A DNA stretch of 64,000 nucleotides from Bacteroidales bacterium (GTDB taxonomy: Bacteria; Bacteroidota; Bacteroidia; Bacteroidales; PWNQ01), in assembly GCA_021738505.1 (NCBI GenBank), contig JAIPBW010000003.1:4063-68062 (forward strand). Direction: 5' to 3'. Shown here in pieces: positions 21,178 to 31,708 of the stretch. The position numbers and the translations under genes were made by a program. The notes under the pieces are model-generated. The model searched no databases. It worked only from the letters and a program-made list of their open reading frames with translations, and was not told the origin of the DNA. Position 1 is the first letter of the stretch. Each line of letters starts with the position of its first letter.

Positions 21178-21359
21178 AAAGTTAAATTTTCAACAAGCCG
21201 CAGGGTAATTTAATGCTTTCTTATTATTAATAAAAAGCGGTTACTTATATAACGAAAAACAAGGTTTCTTGTTTTAAAAGAAAAGACTTCCTACACCATA
21301 AGAACCTATAAAAGCAGCATTCAAAACCCATATAAACCCCTGTAATTCAATTTAATGCT

Positions 21360-22901
21360 TTAGAACGGCACTTCATCCGGGTCATTTCCGGGATCATCCA
21401 GGTCACTATTCATTTTAGACTGCATAGTAACCGAGTTTTGTTGCTGATCAAAATCCTGATTGGGTTCCAAGCCTCCAAACTGAGAGGACATATCCTCTTC
21501 GTAATCAGCAAACTTAGCAAACTTCGGAATAAATTTCAGTTTGATTTCATCAAGGGGTCCATTTCTGTGCTTGGCAATAATGATTTTTCCCATACCTTTG
21601 GTAGGCTCTCCGTCTTCTTCGTCGATCTGGTAATATTCAGGCCGGTATATAAAGCTAACCATATCAGCATCCTGTTCAATAGCACCGGATTCACGCAAGT
21701 CGGAAAGCAATGGTTTCTTTGTTCCCCCACGGGTTTCTACAGAGCGATTCAACTGCGATAATGCAATGATGGGTACATTCAATTCTTTGGCCAGAGATTT
21801 CAGAGATCTGGAAATATTACTGATTTCCTGTTCACGGTTACCGGCATCCGAACCGGCAGCAGACATTAACTGCAAATAGTCAATAACAATGATTTGGATA
21901 TCATGTTGTGCTTTTAGCCTTCGGCTTTTGGCACGCAACTCAAATATTGACAGCGCAGGTGTATCATCAATATGCAAAGGTGCATCAATCAACGAATTGA
22001 CTTTGGAGTTAAGTTGTTCATATTCATAACTCTCCAGTTGTCCTTTTTTAAGCTTTTCGGCTTCCAGTTCGGTTTCACTGGAAATCAAGCGCGTTACAAG
22101 CTGTATTGCTGACATCTCCAGGGAAAACATAGCAACAGGCATTTTATGCTCTACAGCAATATTTCTTGCCATGGAAAGAACAAAGGCTGTTTTTCCCATT
22201 CCGGGGCGTGCAGCCAACACAATCAAATCGGATTTTTGCCAGCCGGAAGTTAATCGGTCCAATTGGGTAAAACCTGAAGGAACCCCATTCACCTGACCTT
22301 CCTGCCGCCCGGCTTCTTCTATATTTTCTATAGCCGCAGACACCAGTGATTGCATAGAATCGGAGCTACGCCGCAAATTCTCTTCACTAACGGCAAACAA
22401 GCTTTGTTCTGCCTTATCCAATAATTCAAAAACATCAGTGGTGTCTTCAAATGCATCATGAATAATATCGGAAGAAATTCGAATGAGCTCTCGCTGAATA
22501 AACTTCTGAGCAATAATTCGTGCATGAAATTCCACATTAGCTGATGAAGCTACACGATTTGTAAGCTGCGAAATGTAATAAGGCCCTCCAATGAATTCCA
22601 GTTCTCCCTTGCTTTTAAGCGCATTCGTAACGGTGAGAATATCAATCGGCTCTGCCTTAGAAAACAAATCCTGAATAGCACCAAAAATCTTTTGATGGGA
22701 CTCTTTATAAAACATCTCAGGCTTAACTATATCAATGGCCTGATTTACAGCTTCTTTTTCAAGCATCATGGCTCCTAAAACAGCCTGTTCCATATCAACA
22801 GCCTGAGGTTGCAGTTTTCCATGTTCAGGAGCTGCTGCATTGGCCTTACGCTGGAAGGTCTTTTCGCTGGATTTCAGCTTTTTACCATCTTTGTTTTCCA
22901 T
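21360..22901 (-). CDS. dnaB: Replicative DNA helicase
   Basis: AARPGMGKT, FSLEMS, IDYLQLM, SDLRESGAIEQDAD, AKHRNG. Confidence 0.99.
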   Translation of the reverse strand: MENKDGKKLKSSEKTFQRKANAAAPEHGKLQPQAVDMEQAVLGAMMLEKEAVNQAIDIVKPEMFYKESHQKIFGAIQDLFSKAEPIDILTVTNALKSKGELEFIGGPYYISQLTNRVASSANVEFHARIIAQKFIQRELIRISSDIIHDAFEDTTDVFELLDKAEQSLFAVSEENLRRSSDSMQSLVSAAIENIEEAGRQEGQVNGVPSGFTQLDRLTSGWQKSDLIVLAARPGMGKTAFVLSMARNIAVEHKMPVAMFSLEMSAIQLVTRLISSETELEAEKLKKGQLESYEYEQLNSKVNSLIDAPLHIDDTPALSIFELRAKSRRLKAQHDIQIIVIDYLQLMSAAGSDAGNREQEISNISRSLKSLAKELNVPIIALSQLNRSVETRGGTKKPLLSDLRESGAIEQDADMVSFIYRPEYYQIDEEDGEPTKGMGKIIIAKHRNGPLDEIKLKFIPKFAKFADYEEDMSSQFGGLEPNQDFDQQQNSVTMQSKMNSDLDDPGNDPDEVPF

Positions 22902-23043
22902 ATTTCAAAGATATAACGAATAAGGACTTTCGCTGTAGAATTTTGCCTCTTTTTTTTAACAAAATAGAATTCTAATTATAACTTCCTTAATGTTAATTCT
23001 CAAAAGAATCAATTACAATTTATTTAGAATAGAAAAATTATTT

Positions 23044-24489
23044 TCAGATCAACTCATTAATATGTTTTAGCAGCAAGAAATCAAACCGAATTTGCTGTTC
23101 TACAAATGATTTCACTTTATCCAAAGGTTCTTTTCTCTTTTCTTCAGGTTTAGAAAGAGCACTAGTCAATTTGATCAGGGCAACTTTCTTATCGGTGATA
23201 TCCTTTGTATGAAAAGGATTATCCTCCAACAATTTAGATGCAATATTTACTGCCTGAATATTTCCATGGAGACTCGGATCAATGTAATACATACCGGAAA
23301 AAAGCTCATGCAGATTAAAAACACCACTCATCATTTTGTCTTTGATGTAGCTGGCTTGAGCTTTATCATCAACAAAGGTAAAAACCGGTAATCCTGACCT
23401 TTTGATTTTTTCAATCTGCTTAAATAAGGGCTCAAAATCGGAGTGATCAGGATTTAACTGCCATTCAAAAACAGCTTGCTTCTTTTGGTCTCTAATTGAA
23501 ACATAGGCCGGAACCAACTCATAGGGCGCCATTTCATCAAGCATTGGTATTGCGGGCTTAATAAAAACAATATCGAGAACAAAATACTGTTCTTTGGACG
23601 CATATCGAAATTTATTAATTTGCTCCCAATTATAATAAGGCTTTTGTTTTTGAAAAGCTTCTATTTCTTTCTTTCCCTGATTCGAAAATTCTTCTATCGC
23701 TAAATCATCGATATACACGTTTCCGTTCTCATACAGCTCAAATTGCTGATTACGGTCTAAATGCAACAATTCAAAAACAGATTTTTCTTTGATGTGCTTC
23801 CAGCAATGCCCCCGGAAATCGCAGGGATAAGGGTCATAACAATGTTTTCCGATGTCAATCGGTGGTGATTTTTTGAGTTGGAGTGTTTCTTTGGCTGTCT
23901 GAATTTCTCCGCCAATCATGGATTGTCTTTCTATTGCCTGCTCTTTAACGCTTTGTTTATAAAAAAGCTGTTCAATATCAAGTTCGCCTTTCAATTTATA
24001 ATCCGGGTTGACATAAATTATAAAAATATCTTCCAGCTCTATTCCGGAGTTAGAAATCACATAATATTGCAGCGCTACGTCTGTCAAATATGTAGAAGAA
24101 ATTTTTACTGAGCTCTTCACTTCATAGGCATAGAATTTTCCATTTTTGCATACCAGAACATCAAGAATGACTAATGTTCTGTCGTATTGAAACGTAGCTT
24201 CATAGATCACTTCCTGGCCATCAGCTATAGCTTTAGCTGTTTTGCCTACGGCCGGTTGATACTGGGACGGACCTTTCGGAGCCAAATTAATTCCCCCGGG
24301 AAAAAGCTCACGTGCAACCTCTCCTACGTGTGTGCCCCGGCTAAATTTAGCTCGCTGTTCAGGCGACAATTTATCTCGTAAAAAAGGGCGTTTTTTATGT
24401 AAGTACAAAGACTTCTCGCATTGCAAAGCTCGGATAAATGTGGATTTTGATAAAAGATGTTTTTCCATTTTAAATGCTGTTTCACTCAT
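23044..24489 (-). CDS. DUF2779-family-like protein: Cas4-like PD-(D/E)XK nuclease with Cys cluster plus degenerate C-terminal domain
   Basis: LSKS...QCEK, D...EVKSS, DVALQYYV, CYDPYPCDFRGHC. Confidence 0.8.
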   Translation of the reverse strand: MSETAFKMEKHLLSKSTFIRALQCEKSLYLHKKRPFLRDKLSPEQRAKFSRGTHVGEVARELFPGGINLAPKGPSQYQPAVGKTAKAIADGQEVIYEATFQYDRTLVILDVLVCKNGKFYAYEVKSSVKISSTYLTDVALQYYVISNSGIELEDIFIIYVNPDYKLKGELDIEQLFYKQSVKEQAIERQSMIGGEIQTAKETLQLKKSPPIDIGKHCYDPYPCDFRGHCWKHIKEKSVFELLHLDRNQQFELYENGNVYIDDLAIEEFSNQGKKEIEAFQKQKPYYNWEQINKFRYASKEQYFVLDIVFIKPAIPMLDEMAPYELVPAYVSIRDQKKQAVFEWQLNPDHSDFEPLFKQIEKIKRSGLPVFTFVDDKAQASYIKDKMMSGVFNLHELFSGMYYIDPSLHGNIQAVNIASKLLEDNPFHTKDITDKKVALIKLTSALSKPEEKRKEPLDKVKSFVEQQIRFDFLLLKHINELI

Positions 24490-24719
24490 TTTTCAACTGA
24501 GCAAATTTAGTATAATTATAAAGGCACTTGGGATAATTCGCTACTTCATTTTCTCCGGTTATGAAATGGAAAAGCTTAGGTTTTAAATGAAAAAGCTTTT
24601 CTTTGCAACTTCATTTCTCACTTGCTTATATTGCCAGGTGTTTTTTTAGAAATGTCAAAGAATATGCAATCCATAAATTTTGGTTATTTACGAGTCACCC
24701 AATAATCCCGTTTAAAGTC

Positions 24720-26024
24720 ATGAGCATTTTCATCTTAAAGGATTTAACGCAAAGAGAAAGGAAGGCTTTTCTTTTGCACATGCTTTTTTCCTTTATTGAA
24801 GGGGCTATTAAAGGTGTTTTGGTATTAAATGAATTTGTGTTTCTGAAAAGCCTGAAGGGCAGCGACTATCAGCTTGGCTTTTTGTTTCAGTTCAGTGTTG
24901 TTGTATTTGTTTTTCTGATCTTTATTAGTGAATTCATCCGTAGAATGCCCTACAAAAGAAAAGTACTGCGCTACACGGGCATTATCACAAGGCTTCCTCT
25001 TTTATTGCTGGCATTTTTCCCGCAAAGTACGGAAGTAGTGACTTCTTCAGAAATCTATCACCTGATCTTTCTGGGTATATTTTTAATATTCTTTCTCTAT
25101 CAGCCTATCGTATTTCCTATTATCAACCTACTGCTCAAGCATAATTACCGGGAAGAAAACTTTGGCAAATTATATAGCTACGGACAAACGTTGCACAAAA
25201 TCACCATGTTAGTAGTAACTTTTGCTTATGGCTTTTTATTGGATACGGATTATTTTGCCTTCACCTACATCTGGCCATTAATGGGAGTTTTGGGGATATT
25301 TTCCATTTATATGCTTTCCCTTATTGATTACACCCCGACAATAAAAAAACAATCCAAAAAGCCTTTTTTCGAAAATGTAAAACAGTCCATCATGAACATG
25401 ACAAACATCCTGAAAAACCATAAAGCCTATTTGCATTTTGAATTGGGCTTTTTGTTCTATGGTTTCGCATTCATGTCTTCGGCTACTGTTATTGTTATAT
25501 TCTTTGACAAGGAATTGGGCCTGAATTACTCATCTATGGCATTTTATAAAAACAGTTATAATGTTTTGGCTATATTGTTATTACCATTCTTTGGGCGGTT
25601 AATAGGAAAGTTCGATCCCCGTGTTTATGGCATGTTCACTTATGGCTCTATCCTCATTTTCATATTATTTGTTGCCTTAACAGACTTTTACCAGGGACAT
25701 ACAGTTATTATGGGCATCAATATTTATTACATGCTAATTGGTTATATTCTTTTCCATGGTATTTTCGCCGCATCAATGCCCCTGCTTTTCAGTATCGGTT
25801 CTTCCTATTTCTGCGACAAAGAGGAAGCCGACTCTTATCAGGCGGTACATTTGTCACTAGTGGGAATTCGGGCTCTTTTTGCTCCCTTATTGGGTGTCTT
25901 TTTCTATCAAAATTTTGGGTTCACCGTGAATTTTGCCATCGGCATTTTGGCATTAACCGGCGCAATTGGTATTTTATGGTATTCCAAAAAAAATGTTAAA
26001 GACCTAAAGTTTCGAAACAATTAG
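24720..26024 (+). CDS. MFS transporter
   Basis: About 12 TM segments, GRLIGKFDPR loop, APLLG; ATG at 24720 preferred over TTG at 24603. Confidence 0.85.
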   Translation: MSIFILKDLTQRERKAFLLHMLFSFIEGAIKGVLVLNEFVFLKSLKGSDYQLGFLFQFSVVVFVFLIFISEFIRRMPYKRKVLRYTGIITRLPLLLLAFFPQSTEVVTSSEIYHLIFLGIFLIFFLYQPIVFPIINLLLKHNYREENFGKLYSYGQTLHKITMLVVTFAYGFLLDTDYFAFTYIWPLMGVLGIFSIYMLSLIDYTPTIKKQSKKPFFENVKQSIMNMTNILKNHKAYLHFELGFLFYGFAFMSSATVIVIFFDKELGLNYSSMAFYKNSYNVLAILLLPFFGRLIGKFDPRVYGMFTYGSILIFILFVALTDFYQGHTVIMGINIYYMLIGYILFHGIFAASMPLLFSIGSSYFCDKEEADSYQAVHLSLVGIRALFAPLLGVFFYQNFGFTVNFAIGILALTGAIGILWYSKKNVKDLKFRNN

Positions 26025-26075
26025 ATATTTTTGCCGTTTACAAGAATTCATACACAGAAATCAAAATCATAAAAT

Positions 26076-27197
26076 ATGAGTATTCGAAAAACTCTCCTTT
26101 TCATTCTCTTTCTGGCCATCTCAACTTTTAGTTTTGGACAACAGAACTACAATCTGACGATCAAAGCAGGCCTCAATAATTTGAAAGACACAACTACAGT
26201 GCGGTTAATGAAACTAAACCAGAAACAAACCGAAGTCATTGATAAAAAACAGGCTATTCCGGGCCAAAAGTTTATAATGAACACCCGGATCGAAAAAGCA
26301 GGGTTTTACCAGCTCTCAGAAAGTAAAGGTAATTATATGATTTTAATTACTGAACCCGGGGAGAAACTGTCTATTCAGGTTGACATGGATAATTTCAGCA
26401 GGCCTCAGGTTAAAGGTAGTCCGGCAACAGAACTTTTTTATGATTTTTTACCTAAAATTGTGAAGCTCCAAGACAAAAAAGACTCATTAGAAAATGTTTA
26501 CACAAAGCTCCGCACTTCAGATGACACGGTTTCACGCGAGCAGAAAGAAAACCTTGTTGATACTTTCAGAAACACAGAAAAAAAGGAAAAAAAGGTAATA
26601 CAACAAATGATCCAAAATAACCCGAAGAGCCTGGTAGGATTGATGTTTGTTGATCAACTTAATACAAAAAACCATTTTGATTTGCTAAATCTATATGCAA
26701 CCAATCTTGAAGAGGAGTATCCCAAAAATAAATTTGTTCAGGCGTTCTATAAAAAGGTTACAAATGCAGCTTTAACAGTTAAAGGCAAGCCTGCTCCCGA
26801 GATCGATCTCCCTACTCCGGACGGAGAAAACATGCAACTATCCGATTTAAAAGGAAAAGTTGTTCTTATCGATTTTTGGGCAAGCTGGTGTTCTCCATGT
26901 AGAAAGGAAAATCCGGAAATGGTTAAGCTTTACAACAAATACAAAGATGACGGCTTCACCATCTTCGGCGTATCGTTGGATAAAAAAAGAAAGTCGTGGC
27001 TTGATGCGATAGAAAAAGACAGCCTAATCTGGTATCATGTTTCAGATTTAAAAGGATGGAAATCAAAAGCAGCACAAAAATACAATGTTAGCTCTATACC
27101 GCATACGGTATTAGTAGACAAAGAAGGGCGAATTATTGCCACAGGCCTTCGAGGTGAGCCTTTGAAGGAAAAGCTGGAAAAGATCTTCGGTCATTAA
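26076..27197 (+). CDS. TlpA/ResA-like thiol-disulfide oxidoreductase (DUF4369-like N-terminus)
   Basis: Signal peptide; DFWASWCSPCR, GVSLD, SIPHTVLVD. Confidence 0.93.
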   Translation: MSIRKTLLFILFLAISTFSFGQQNYNLTIKAGLNNLKDTTTVRLMKLNQKQTEVIDKKQAIPGQKFIMNTRIEKAGFYQLSESKGNYMILITEPGEKLSIQVDMDNFSRPQVKGSPATELFYDFLPKIVKLQDKKDSLENVYTKLRTSDDTVSREQKENLVDTFRNTEKKEKKVIQQMIQNNPKSLVGLMFVDQLNTKNHFDLLNLYATNLEEEYPKNKFVQAFYKKVTNAALTVKGKPAPEIDLPTPDGENMQLSDLKGKVVLIDFWASWCSPCRKENPEMVKLYNKYKDDGFTIFGVSLDKKRKSWLDAIEKDSLIWYHVSDLKGWKSKAAQKYNVSSIPHTVLVDKEGRIIATGLRGEPLKEKLEKIFGH

Positions 27198-27309
27198 GCA
27201 CACACGACAGGCCGGCTGGAAATTTTGCTGCACTGCCACTATATGAACATAGATTTCACCTAATTTTCTCTTTTTATCCGGATCAGATGAAACAGGATTA
27301 TCTCCTGAG

Positions 27310-28029
27310 CTAATCCTGTTTGATTACTTTGATATTCTCTTCTTTAATCAAAGGCTGCGTTCGGTAACGCAAGTATAATTGCGCCACAGCCAGTGTATCT
27401 TTTTCACAATAAGAAACAATCCGTTCGAGCTCATTTTCCTGCCAATAAACATACCCTACATCGGCACCACTAATATCGTCTTTAGGAGTAGGTATATCAA
27501 ATATGGCGGTTAATAAATCCAGAGAGGTATAATGTTTATAATCGCCAAATTTCCATAATTCGAGCGTATCCAGATGCTTAACCTCCCAGGGTTTCTTTCC
27601 GGGCGTATTTAAAATACCCGGCAACGGAATTCCATTGATCAGCATGCGGCGGGCAATATAGGGAAAGTCAAACTCTTTGCCGTTATGTGCACATAAATAA
27701 TGATGCTCAGTGGCAAAATACGCATTTAGCATTGAAGCAAAACTTTCAAGCAATTTTTTTTCATCATCGCCATAAAAAGAAGTAAGTCGAAATTCTTCAC
27801 CGGCAAAATATCCTACAGAAATGACGATAATTTTCCCGAACTCGGCATAAATACCGGCACTCTGATACAGGCTCTGCGGCGTATCATCTTCATTTTTGGC
27901 TATTCTCCGGGCCTTTTTGTCCCACAGCTTTTGCATTCTCTCCGAAAGATTGCCATATTCGGGCTTTTCCGAAACGGTCTCGATGTCCAGAAACAAGATC
28001 TTACCCGGATCAATATTTGCTAACTTCAT
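27310..28029 (-). CDS. Stand-alone PolB-related 3'-5' exonuclease
   Basis: FLDIETV (ExoI), HNGKEFDFPY (ExoII), YCEKD (ExoIII). Confidence 0.92.
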   Translation of the reverse strand: MKLANIDPGKILFLDIETVSEKPEYGNLSERMQKLWDKKARRIAKNEDDTPQSLYQSAGIYAEFGKIIVISVGYFAGEEFRLTSFYGDDEKKLLESFASMLNAYFATEHHYLCAHNGKEFDFPYIARRMLINGIPLPGILNTPGKKPWEVKHLDTLELWKFGDYKHYTSLDLLTAIFDIPTPKDDISGADVGYVYWQENELERIVSYCEKDTLAVAQLYLRYRTQPLIKEENIKVIKQD

Positions 28030-28220
28030 AAGTTTTTCTTTTGAACAAATTTAGCAAAATTATTTTGAGAATATAAATTTGAAGTAGTAGAATAAAAGAC
28101 ACAACGAAATCAATAACGCTAACATTCGACTAAAAATTTGTCGCTCAATCTTTATTCACTAAAAACGTTTAAAATTAAGTATCTTTGAATACGTTTCACT
28201 ATTAAATGAATGGAAAGAAT

Positions 28221-29522
28221 ATGAACAAGCTTTTTCTTTATGCCCTACTGATATTATCGGGCATTTTACTTGCTTTTGCCTGCCAAAAGAAAGGGGATGT
28301 CCAGGATCCGGAAATAGAAATTACCCAACCGGAATCCAACAGCTATTTTTCCGTTCCCGATAGTATCCATGTTAAAGCTGACATCAGAGACAATGAAAAC
28401 ATCAAATGGGTCCAGCTTTCCCTGGTAAATAAAGACCAAACCCCTGTAGCAGCAACAAAAACTATACAACCGATTGACCGGAAAGAATATCACCTGGACA
28501 CATATTATCATGTGGAAGATATCCTTTTAAATAGCGGCGAATATTACATGCAGGTTCGGGTTTCTGATGGCACAAACACAAGAAACGGTCTTAAGAAGGT
28601 TTATATTAACGAAGCCGAACGCAAGCTTAAGTATTTTCTAATTGTTACAGCTTCCAACCCCAATCAAGTCAGCCTATACAGTCTGGATTCCAGCGCGTCA
28701 AAGAATTATATTACAAGCGAACCTATCGATTACTTCGCAAGTACTTTCCATTCGCGTAATCAACAATTGATTATAGCCGGAAAATCAGTATACGGGGTGA
28801 AAGCATTTCATGCTAAAGACTATCAAAAAGCATGGAATTTTCAGGCTTCGGGTAATCCTGTAGGCTCTTATTTCAGAGCTCTTACGAAAACAGAAGATAA
28901 CATTTTGCTGGGCATTTACAATGGAGAAATAATTGAGATCAACAAGAGCGGCAACAAAATCAGAACCTACGATTCGGATAACAATTTGTTTTCTTATCAG
29001 CTTTTAAAAACAGAAAACTTTTTGATCGCTGCTCAACAGGATGTTCCGGCCAACAAGCAATTTATAACAAGCTTCTTTCCTGACTGGGGTGGTGTTCATA
29101 ATCAACAATTCAGCAACTTCAAATCTAAAGCACTTTATCCCATGGGACCAAAAGAAGTCCTCATCCCGGGCAACCACAACAATCAAGGCGGGATATGGCA
29201 ATACGATTTAACTTCGTTGACACTTTGGAAAGCCAGGTCGATTTCGCAGGGTAAGATACATACTAGCTGCCAAATATCGGATAATGACTACCTAATTGCA
29301 GGCAACAATCAAATATATTGGTATCAGGTACACATAAACAGTTTAACAACCTGGAAACAGAATACCTCCGTAGATAAAATCTATTATGATGAACTTACAA
29401 ACAGTGTAATTACTGTAAACGGACAAAAACTTCGTTTTCTGGATTTTCCGATACCCACATTGAAAGATGAAACCAACTTTTCAGAAAATATTCATGCAGT
29501 ACATCCTGTTTATAACAAGTAA
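28221..29522 (+). CDS. Lipoprotein, N-terminal Ig-like domain and probable beta-propeller
   Basis: Lipobox LAFAC; DPEIEITQP Ig-like start; beta-rich C-terminal part; alternative start at 28206. Confidence 0.65.
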   Translation: MNKLFLYALLILSGILLAFACQKKGDVQDPEIEITQPESNSYFSVPDSIHVKADIRDNENIKWVQLSLVNKDQTPVAATKTIQPIDRKEYHLDTYYHVEDILLNSGEYYMQVRVSDGTNTRNGLKKVYINEAERKLKYFLIVTASNPNQVSLYSLDSSASKNYITSEPIDYFASTFHSRNQQLIIAGKSVYGVKAFHAKDYQKAWNFQASGNPVGSYFRALTKTEDNILLGIYNGEIIEINKSGNKIRTYDSDNNLFSYQLLKTENFLIAAQQDVPANKQFITSFFPDWGGVHNQQFSNFKSKALYPMGPKEVLIPGNHNNQGGIWQYDLTSLTLWKARSISQGKIHTSCQISDNDYLIAGNNQIYWYQVHINSLTTWKQNTSVDKIYYDELTNSVITVNGQKLRFLDFPIPTLKDETNFSENIHAVHPVYNK

Positions 29523-29573
29523 TTTATACTTTTGGCCCCAGTAAAAAACAAAATTCCGGAAAAAATTAAAGGT

Positions 29574-30266
29574 ATGCAAAGGAATATTATTAAAACAGAA
29601 GATGGATCGCACACTTTATATGTTGACGAGCTGAACGAGCATTATCATAGTACTCATGGAGCCATAAAGGAATCGGAACATGTGTTTATTCAACACGGAT
29701 TTCATAACGCCGGAAAATGGCTCAACCCGCTTAACATATTGGAGATTGGTTTTGGAAGCGGATTAAATGCATTATTAACATTTCGTGAGAACCAAAAAGA
29801 AAATCGCAAGATCAATTACATTGCTGTTGAGCCCTATCCTTTATCTAAAGATGAAACAAATACTTTAAACTATCCGAAACTTGTTTCCTTTGATAATGCT
29901 GATAAAATCTATTCTTCTTTGCATAAACCATCCGAATCGCCTTTCTTTATCGGAGATAATTTCATCTTATTACCCTTGCATCAAAAGATCCAGGACATAA
30001 ACCTAAAAGAAGAAAGCATCAATGTTATCTATTTTGATGCTTTTTCTCCTTCTGTTTCACCTGAGATGTGGGAAGGAAAAATATTCAAGAAACTCTACGA
30101 TGCACTTGAATGGCAGGGTGTTCTTGTAACATACTCAGCCAGCGGCCAGGTTAAACGTACGCTTAAAGAAGCCGGATTTTCTTTGGAACATCCCGAAGGG
30201 CCTCAAGGCAAAAGAGAAATTACAGTAGCAAAGAAACAGAAATCATGGTCTGAAATCTTATCCTGA
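29574..30266 (+). CDS. mnmD: MnmC/MnmD-like SAM-dependent tRNA methyltransferase
   Basis: TEDGSHTL, EHYHSTHGA, LEIGFGSGLN, YFDAFSP, GKRE. Confidence 0.88.
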   Translation: MQRNIIKTEDGSHTLYVDELNEHYHSTHGAIKESEHVFIQHGFHNAGKWLNPLNILEIGFGSGLNALLTFRENQKENRKINYIAVEPYPLSKDETNTLNYPKLVSFDNADKIYSSLHKPSESPFFIGDNFILLPLHQKIQDINLKEESINVIYFDAFSPSVSPEMWEGKIFKKLYDALEWQGVLVTYSASGQVKRTLKEAGFSLEHPEGPQGKREITVAKKQKSWSEILS

Positions 30267-30718
30267 TGAACGATTCAAATCATTTCAACATTCGTATTTA
30301 CGGGCTATTATTTAATGAATACCAGCAGTTACTGCTTACGGACGAATACCGTTTGAACATGTACATGACAAAATTTCCCGGCGGCGGATTGGAACCGGGA
30401 GAGGGTACAATAGACTGCCTGAAACGAGAGTGCAGTGAAGAACTAGGGCAGCAACCTGTGGATATTCATCATTTTTATACTACCGATTTTTATCAGCCGA
30501 CAAAATATCTGGGTAAAAACCAACAACTTATAAGCATCTATTATACAGGAAAATTAATAAAACCTTATCAATTTGAGATTTCGCAAAAGCCCTTTGATTT
30601 CAAGGAGATAGACGGTATGCAAACTTTTCGATGGAAAAAACCAACAGAAATTCAACCTTCCGAATTAACAATGCCCATTGACAAAATCGTAATTGAAAAG
30701 TTAAAGAACTACTATTAA
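30266..30718 (+). CDS. NUDIX hydrolase
   Basis: FPGGGLEPGEGTIDCLKRECSEELG Nudix box; start overlaps the upstream stop. Confidence 0.93.
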   Translation: MNDSNHFNIRIYGLLFNEYQQLLLTDEYRLNMYMTKFPGGGLEPGEGTIDCLKRECSEELGQQPVDIHHFYTTDFYQPTKYLGKNQQLISIYYTGKLIKPYQFEISQKPFDFKEIDGMQTFRWKKPTEIQPSELTMPIDKIVIEKLKNYY

Positions 30719-30759
30719 ATTAACGAACCAGGCCTATCAGTATATGCAGAAGTAACGAA

Positions 30760-31035
30760 TTATCTGACAAAAAATTCGTCGTATTCCGCAAAAGGAATTT
30801 CTTCTATATCAACATTTACAACATGAGCCATGGAAGGGCCTTTTCTACACCAGCTCAAAAATTCGTTCAATTTTGATTCTTCTCCACTTGCAACAATTTT
30901 CACTGAACCATCAGGTCTGTTTTGCACATACCCTGCCACACCCAAATTTTTGGCTATTTCTCTTGCAGAAAAACGAAATCCGACACCTTGAACGCGGCCT
31001 TCTATCTTAATCTTGTACGTATGTTTCATAATCAA
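30760..31035 (-). CDS. acyP: Acylphosphatase
   Basis: GRVQGVGFR, GYVQNRPDGSV, GPSMAHV. Confidence 0.96.
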   Translation of the reverse strand: MIMKHTYKIKIEGRVQGVGFRFSAREIAKNLGVAGYVQNRPDGSVKIVASGEESKLNEFLSWCRKGPSMAHVVNVDIEEIPFAEYDEFFVR

Positions 31036-31195
31036 TATTATTTTGTTTTGTTACAAAAATATGACCGAAAAATTGAAAAACAGAAATTCCCATATAAGGA
31101 AAAATCAATGCATTAAAAAGAAGGATTGTTTTATCTATAGTTATTTGTTACAAATCAACTATTGTGAACTACATTTTTTTATGAATAGTTACAGG

Positions 31196-31549
31196 CTAAA
31201 AAGGTATTAAACCATTAAAAAACGCTGCAATTTTCTTTACCCATTTTCTGTTAGGTTTTGCCTGTTCTTTTATTCGTTTGTAGTAGACATGAAAGTTATG
31301 AAAATCCCGGAGCACTCCTTTCTGAACTTCTTTGGCATCCACGTAATGCCCTAAAGGTTTTTGGGTTAACTCTTTTTCAAATTTATCCAAATCTTCTGCC
31401 TCTCCTTCGACCTCTAAATAAACATGGCTTTTATTCCCGTTTTGAATAAACCCATTAATGTTGTTCCTAATGGCATAAATCTGCGCATAATAGAAAAAAT
31501 CAATAGCTCTCAGGTTTCCGGTAAGTATTATGTTGCGATGCTCTATCAT
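31196..31549 (-). CDS. Divergent acylphosphatase-fold paralogue lacking the catalytic Arg
   Basis: GNLRAIDFF replaces GRVQGVGFR; INGFIQN and VYLEVEG retained. Confidence 0.7.
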   Translation of the reverse strand: MIEHRNIILTGNLRAIDFFYYAQIYAIRNNINGFIQNGNKSHVYLEVEGEAEDLDKFEKELTQKPLGHYVDAKEVQKGVLRDFHNFHVYYKRIKEQAKPNRKWVKKIAAFFNGLIPF

Positions 31550-31708
31550 TTAAACTTTGTAAGAAATTAAATTTTTTTTTGGCTATTATGCTATTATTAG
31601 ATTATTCTAATCAAATATAATATTTTATTTACGATTATAAAGAAAATTTAAAATAATTACAAACCAAATGTAAATTTGTTTTCACGGTCTTTTATAATAT
31701 TTTCTCTT

